Shown here: positions 58,478 to 64,000 of the stretch, in pieces
Layout: every line of letters starts with the position of its first letter
Numbering within the stretch: position 1 is the stretch's first letter
Assembly: GCF_000315625.1 (NCBI RefSeq)
Contig: NW_005434481.1
Coordinates: 21,106-85,105 of the forward strand
Length of the DNA stretch: 64,000 bases
Origin: Guillardia theta CCMP2712
Lineage: Eukaryota > Protista > Cryptophyta
Direction of reading: 5' to 3'
Translations under genes and position numbers: made by a program
The notes under the pieces: generated by a model
The model's database searches: none
Seen by the model: the letters and a program-made list of their open reading frames with translations, nothing else
What the model was told of the DNA's origin: nothing

Positions 58478-59152
58478 CTACGGTTTCAGGATCGGAGGAC
58501 CGCAGATCCATCCGCTCTGACCCTCTTCCTCCTCTTCCTCCCCCTCCCCCTCCCCCTCCCCCTCCTCCTCCTCCGCTTCACTCTTCCTTCTCCCCACTTG
58601 TCTTCCTATAGGCAGCTGCCCAGCTGTCGATTCTCGTCCTTCCTGGAACGAGCTCCTAGCTAGCTGGGGTAGAGCTGGAGGAGCAGGTGAGGCAACGGCG
58701 AGCGGGCTCGAGAGGTCTGGAAGAGAAGCTCCGTCTACTTGCGGCTGCCAGCTGCGAAGCGATGGCGCAGGCCCAGCAGCTCTGCTGCTGCTGGGGGGAG
58801 CTAAGGCGATCCACGAGCCTTGGAGATGGTCGGGCTGCATTCCCGCAGGGTGTTGGAGAGGGAGAGAAGGAGGAACGAGAGGAGAAGAGACGAGAGGAGC
58901 AGAGACGAGAGGAGCAGAGACGAGAGGAGCAGAGACGAGAGGAGAAGAGATGAGAGGAGCAGAGACGAGAGGAGCAGAGACGAGGGAAGGAGGAGGAAGC
59001 GAGTGCGTCGTCCGTGGGACCTCTAGATGGATTGGCTTCTGCTCGTAGGCCATCTCCTCTCCTCCTCCCCCTCCTCCTACGATCCCAGCGTTACCGAAAG
59101 AGACAACACACAAACCAGCCTCACCCATACCTGCCCCTCCTGCTGCTCCTGA

Positions 59153-59185
<33 letters not shown>

Positions 59186-60633
59186 TCCTGCTGCTGGTTG
59201 CTCGGGGAGTAGCGGGTGGTGAAGAGGGGGGTTGAGGGAAGCAGAAAGGAAGGGGCGGGGAAGAGCCCCACCATCCTCCTGGCTCTGCCATGAGCGAGCG
59301 AGGCCGTAGGGAGCGGGAGGCAGGAGGGAGAAGGAGGAGACAGCCGAGGGGTCCTGCAGCTGCAAAGATGGTCTCTTGCTCTGCTCATGCCCAGCTTGTA
59401 ACTCCGAGCTAGGTCGCATCCATGCCTGTTGCTCCTGCAGGGGCTGCGGCGGGAAGGGAAAGGCGCCCGGAAGAGAAGAAGGCCCGAGGTCTGGAGCCTG
59501 GCGGGGAGTATATAGCAAGTGAGGAGGACCCAGGTCAGCTTGTTGCTCCTGCAACTGCTGGTGGGCCGAGAATGGAGGAGGAGGAGGGTGCTGCTGCGAG
59601 AAAGGGCCGTAGTACTCCTGCTGCACAATGTGGGGTCCGACAGGATGAACGTACTGCGCATGCAGGAGGGCTGGAGGAGGAGGATACTGCTCCCCGTAGC
59701 CCCACATGCCCGGCTGCTGCTGGTAGCTCGGGGAGACCATGGCGTTCGGATCAGGAGAGAAGGAGGGGGCGCGGAGGAGCGCCTGCATGTAGCCAGAGCT
59801 GAAGGAGGGATGAAAACTTCTCAGCTCCTCCTTCAACCTCTTCTTCTCCCCCTTCCTCAGTCGCGGCTTGCTGTCCCGAACTCCCTTGGGCCTTCCACGC
59901 CCTTTGTGCGCCTGTACGCAAGTCAAAATGATTCCCTCCTCCTCCTCCTCTCCTCCCCCTCTCTTCCCCTTCCCTCTCCCACTCCCAGGCCTCCTCTTCC
60001 CTCTCCTCTACCTTTCCCCTCCTCTCCGCATCCCCTTGATCTGGCTTCCTCCTCCCTTCTAGTCCTGGTATATCCTTCGTCCTTCCCATCCCCGTCCAAT
60101 CAAACTGTTTTCAGCTCACCGGCCGGCTTTCCCCCTGCTCCTCTTGCCCTGGTTTCTGCGAGTCCGACGCCTCATCGCTAACGGGCTGTACAAGTAGCAC
60201 ACAGTCAAGAGGCTTTGCAACAGAAACGAGTCAGCCTAGAAGGCAGGCAGGCAGGCGGGAGATAAGCAATAGAGGGCAGGAGTCGAGTTAGAATCTTCTT
60301 CCTTCACCTCTTGAGAGGACGACACTTCTGTCTGCTCGTCCAGCCAGTCTCCTTCCTCCCCGTGCTGCCGCACCTGCCATGCTTCCGTCACTCCAGGCAT
60401 TGAAGAACGGTGGTTGCTCTCCCCGTTCCTCCCCCTAACAACTCCCCCACCTCCTCCTCGTCTTTCCCCACCTCCTCCCTTGCCTCTTCCGACTCCTCCG
60501 ACCCATCCCGCTGCTTCTCTTCGCTGGAAGTATCTTCTTTCTCCACACTATCCTTGCCTTTCTCCATCATGGAAGAGTGCAATCCCGCCGAACTGCAAGC
60601 CTCCTCTTCCTCTATCGGAAGAAAAGTGCACAT
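58478..60633 (-). CDS. AT-hook-like DNA-binding protein with a long Pro/Gln-rich tail (putative transcription regulator)
   Basis: KGRGRPKGVRDSKPRLRK motif at the start of the 1.4-kb terminal ORF. Small upstream acidic exons with GT-AG ends. Start uncertain. Confidence 0.6.
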
Positions 60634-61999
60634 TGCCGCATGCCGACAGAAACGGAAGGGGGAGAGGATGTGGGGGAGGGAGGGAGGAAGGGAGGACACG
60701 AAGGGATGGAGGGAGGGAGGAAAGGGGTGAGGGAAGAAGGGGAGGGGGGAGAGGGAGGGAGAGAGGGGGGGAGTGGAGGGGGTAGGGAAACAGCAGCGAA
60801 TATGGGGATGATCTTCTAGCTCAGCATATCTACACCGGCTGCCTTGCTGCCTCGCAGAAATCCGAGCATGCAGATGAAAGTCAAGAGCGGAAAGTTTGAA
60901 AGTCGCAGATCGATGATCGACCGAGGCTGTTGGTTCTGACCGACGAACATGTCCCCGTGTGGACAACAACCAGCCTGAAAAGTCAAGGCTCAGACTGACG
61001 ACCAATCAACAAACGTTGGAAACACAAGCAGTCTTCGTATCTAACCACATGGCCTTGTCATCTTGCACATCTACAACAACTAAGCTAGACAAGCATCCAG
61101 CTACTCCTGCAAATTACATGCAACCCCGCTACGTTTGAGCATCAGCATGGAAAAACGGAGAAAAGAAGAAAACAATTGTTGTAAACCGATCATCATGAGA
61201 ATTCTTACACAAAATTCTTCCTTTCTCTCCTCATCTATCCCATTCAATCGTTGCCTACGAGATCAACACGAGCCCAAGCGCAACAAAAGTATCAGAACAA
61301 CTCGTGAAACAGTAAGAGGGATAAACGAAACAGTTTGTATGCTGAAACAACAAGACAGATGCGCCAGGCTGATGGCGACATGCCAACGGAGCACAGAGAG
61401 GCTCATGATGGCAAGTGCTGCACTTGTATGTCTGTCCAACACAAGGACGAGGCCACCATGCCACTCGCCTTCCACATCCAGGACCTGCACCCTTGAAAGG
61501 ATCACAGATGTGCTCGTGCTCTCACGCTCTCTCAGTGCTGTATGTCCATCAGCGAAGTCAAGCGCAACGATGAGCGCAAACTTCATGTGAAACTGCCCTC
61601 GTGTCACATCGTCCTCACCCTCTCACTGCTAACCTGCTCAACCTGTCCAGTCATGAAGCAACTCTGAATGTGTTAGTGTTCTCTTGATTGTGCTTGACAT
61701 TTCGACGGATCTCATGCTCTCATCACATCTAGGACCCACTCTTCCTCGTCACATGCTCTTCTTTCAGCTACAAACTCGTACGTCCATCCGTCCATTTATG
61801 GCCCTTCTACAGGTTCCGCGCCCCGTCTTCCGCTGCCCACAGACACCAGCATGTCACAGGCAGCTCTCTCGCCCTCCTCTCTGCATCAGTCTCTGCAACG
61901 TGCGCCGCCGCCGCCGCTCCCTCCCCCCGCTCTCCGCCTCTCCTCGCCCTTTCCTACCCATCCTCTTCGATCCTCCATTGCAGCCGGCTTCAAGACCTC

Positions 62000-63445
62000 A
62001 CCTACGTTGCCCCCCACCCGACCCCACCCCCTCCCTCACCCCCACCCTTCCTTTCCACCCACCCCTCTCATTGATATAGTGAAAGTGCTCTTTCTTCCGA
62101 TCCACCCCGTCCATCCCCCTGAAGTACCCCACCCTTACTATCCGTGACCGAGGGCTATAGCTACAATGGGTCGATTGTGAGGGTTCAGTGACACCACCCC
62201 ACCCTTTTACACAGAAACCCTACCACCCTCACCCCCACCCCAGCGTAACCCCCCAAATAACTCAGTTTATCATAGTCGAATCACCCCACCCTCCTTTTAA
62301 CTCAAGACTACCCCTCAGTTTTCTGATCCACCCCCCTCATCCTCGCATACCCCACCCCCACTTGGCAGCCTCACTTTACCGCCCGCCACTTACATCCGAC
62401 TAGTGGTAACCACCCCACCCTTTAAAAATTCTTAAAAGAACCGGTGGTCTGTCATGAGGTGCACCTCGAAGTCATAATAGAGACCCAAGCTTTCCTGCCC
62501 CACCCCTACCCCCCAGAAGACCTGAGACTACCTACCCCTTTAGTCGAATCGAAAGACACACACCACAGTCATATCTTGAGTGACCCCCTACCCCCAGACT
62601 CACCCACCCCCTCGATCTCGAAGTCCCACCCACCTAAAACCTCCTCAACCCCTCCATGATAGTACCCTACCCAACTGAAAGTCCAAATTCCGACAAATTC
62701 GTTGGAGCGACCAGTCATTGCACATATATCCGTGTAGCCTTCATCAAAGTTGTACCCCCACCCTCACGCAGGTACCCCCACCCTGAGGCAGGTACCCCTG
62801 CAAGGCACGAGCCACATATCTCCCCTGCTCTTTGACTGCCCCCACGGTATCCCGCACCTCCTGATCACAACCCTGAGCACCCCTGGAGACCACCCTTGGA
62901 GACCACCCCTGTACCCCTTCCCTCGGAATCGGCATGGAGGGTGGCACCGAATTTTATATATGTCTCCGTCCCCCAGGATTCTAGGGGTGAGGGTCTGGAA
63001 CTTGGGGGTGGGGTCCTAATCATGTGGTGTTCGAGGGTCTACAATGAACCTGGGACAGACCCACCCCCCTCCGACCTCTAGGTGGTCAGCAGTCGGTCGG
63101 AACTGATAAGGAGTCGGAAGATTCAATGAAGTTTACTACACGCTGTGGTAATCACTAAAGACAACGCTTCGCGCAAAGAAGCCCAGGTGTAAAGGATGGA
63201 GTGGGTGGGGTAAGTCAAGAGAGTATTTTGGGGTGGGTACTCTGATCTAAAAAGTAGGGGTACATGGTTTCATTGTCAAGGGTGGTAACGGATACCTCCG
63301 TAATGTTCTTTTAACGGAAGGTGAACAGGAGGGGGGTAGAGCAAAGAATGACAGTAGGGGTGCTTTAAAGGTTGAATTAAGGGGTAGTCCTGACCAAAGG
63401 CGAGACACCCCAGTGGGGTGTGAAAAGTTTTGAAGGGGTGGGTTG
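62000..63445. other. non-coding zone dense in ACCCC/GGGGT words (similar zones at 1-540, 10420-11430, 18000-18340, 23140-24800, 29300-29950)
   Basis: Repeated tacccc/cacccc followed by ggggta/ggggtg, with no tandem periodicity and no credible ORF. Confidence 0.7.
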
Positions 63446-64000
63446 AAGAAAAAAAGAAATGATCACGGCCTTGTTTGCTCGCAGACATACGAAAGAAGAA
63501 AAAAGAATGCATGGAAAAGAAAGAAACATGGCGAGAGACGACGACGACGACGACGACGACGACGACAAGGAGGAGGAGGAGGAGGCAAAGTCAAAATGCG
63601 TCTAGATATTTCAGTTGATATCACATTGCGTGTAACTTAGAGAAAGATATATAACTGACAAGTTTCAACAAGAGCTTGTATGTTTGGTTAGGGAAAACAG
63701 GATCAGGTTGCTGACATGAGCATCAGTGGTTACGCGAAAGGTGTGCAATGATAGCAAGAGGGAAAAAAGCACAACATCAAGAGCAGTTTGAGGGTAGGAA
63801 GAAAACCGACATCAGACTGCAAACGTTGATAACATGTCACAAAAGAATCTTGGTACCGAGATGAAGGGTGAGAGTGGAGGAGCGAGAGGAGGGGAGGCAA
63901 GAGGTAGGTGATAAGCATGAAATTCAATATTGATGCATCAGCGAGCATGAAAGATGACGGGAAGAGGAGGAGGAGGAGGAGGAAGGAAGGTACGAAACGT

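Noticed and set aside
60790-61900. Possible small minus-strand gene (ORF 61263-61607)
   Set aside because: Some splice-like sites are present, but no consistent model or recognisable domain could be built.

Overview
Eukaryotic nuclear DNA with GT-AG introns, SSR-filled introns and 5 assembly gaps. Gene content, the RWP-RK family style and a bipartite plastid signal suggest a cryptophyte alga such as Guillardia theta (inference). Supported genes, left to right: SIN3 corepressor (+), an intronless PAS-PAS-RWP-RK transcription factor with LOV-like but Cys-less PAS domains (-), a Crinkler/RHS-type NTPase+REase gene with a captured partial copy upstream (+), cytosolic CDC48 (+), a small degenerate EF-hand gene (-), a duplicated decayed gene, a multi-EF-hand gene (+), an MFS transporter (-), a plastid-targeted phytyl-ester-synthase-like hydrolase/acyltransferase (+), a TOG-array crescerin/TOGARAM-like gene (-), a secreted or anchored micro-exon FxYST-repeat protein (+) and an AT-hook-like protein (-). 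The most notable non-coding observation concerns GC-rich, hairpin-dense blocks. A local duplication shows one copy split by several short GC-rich insertions that increase towards such a block, which suggests a localised insertion process building these blocks out of ordinary sequence. GGGGT(A/G)/(T/C)ACCCC-rich zones lie upstream of most genes, and intron architecture changes sharply at about 31 kb. Exon structures were read by eye, so boundaries are approximate.
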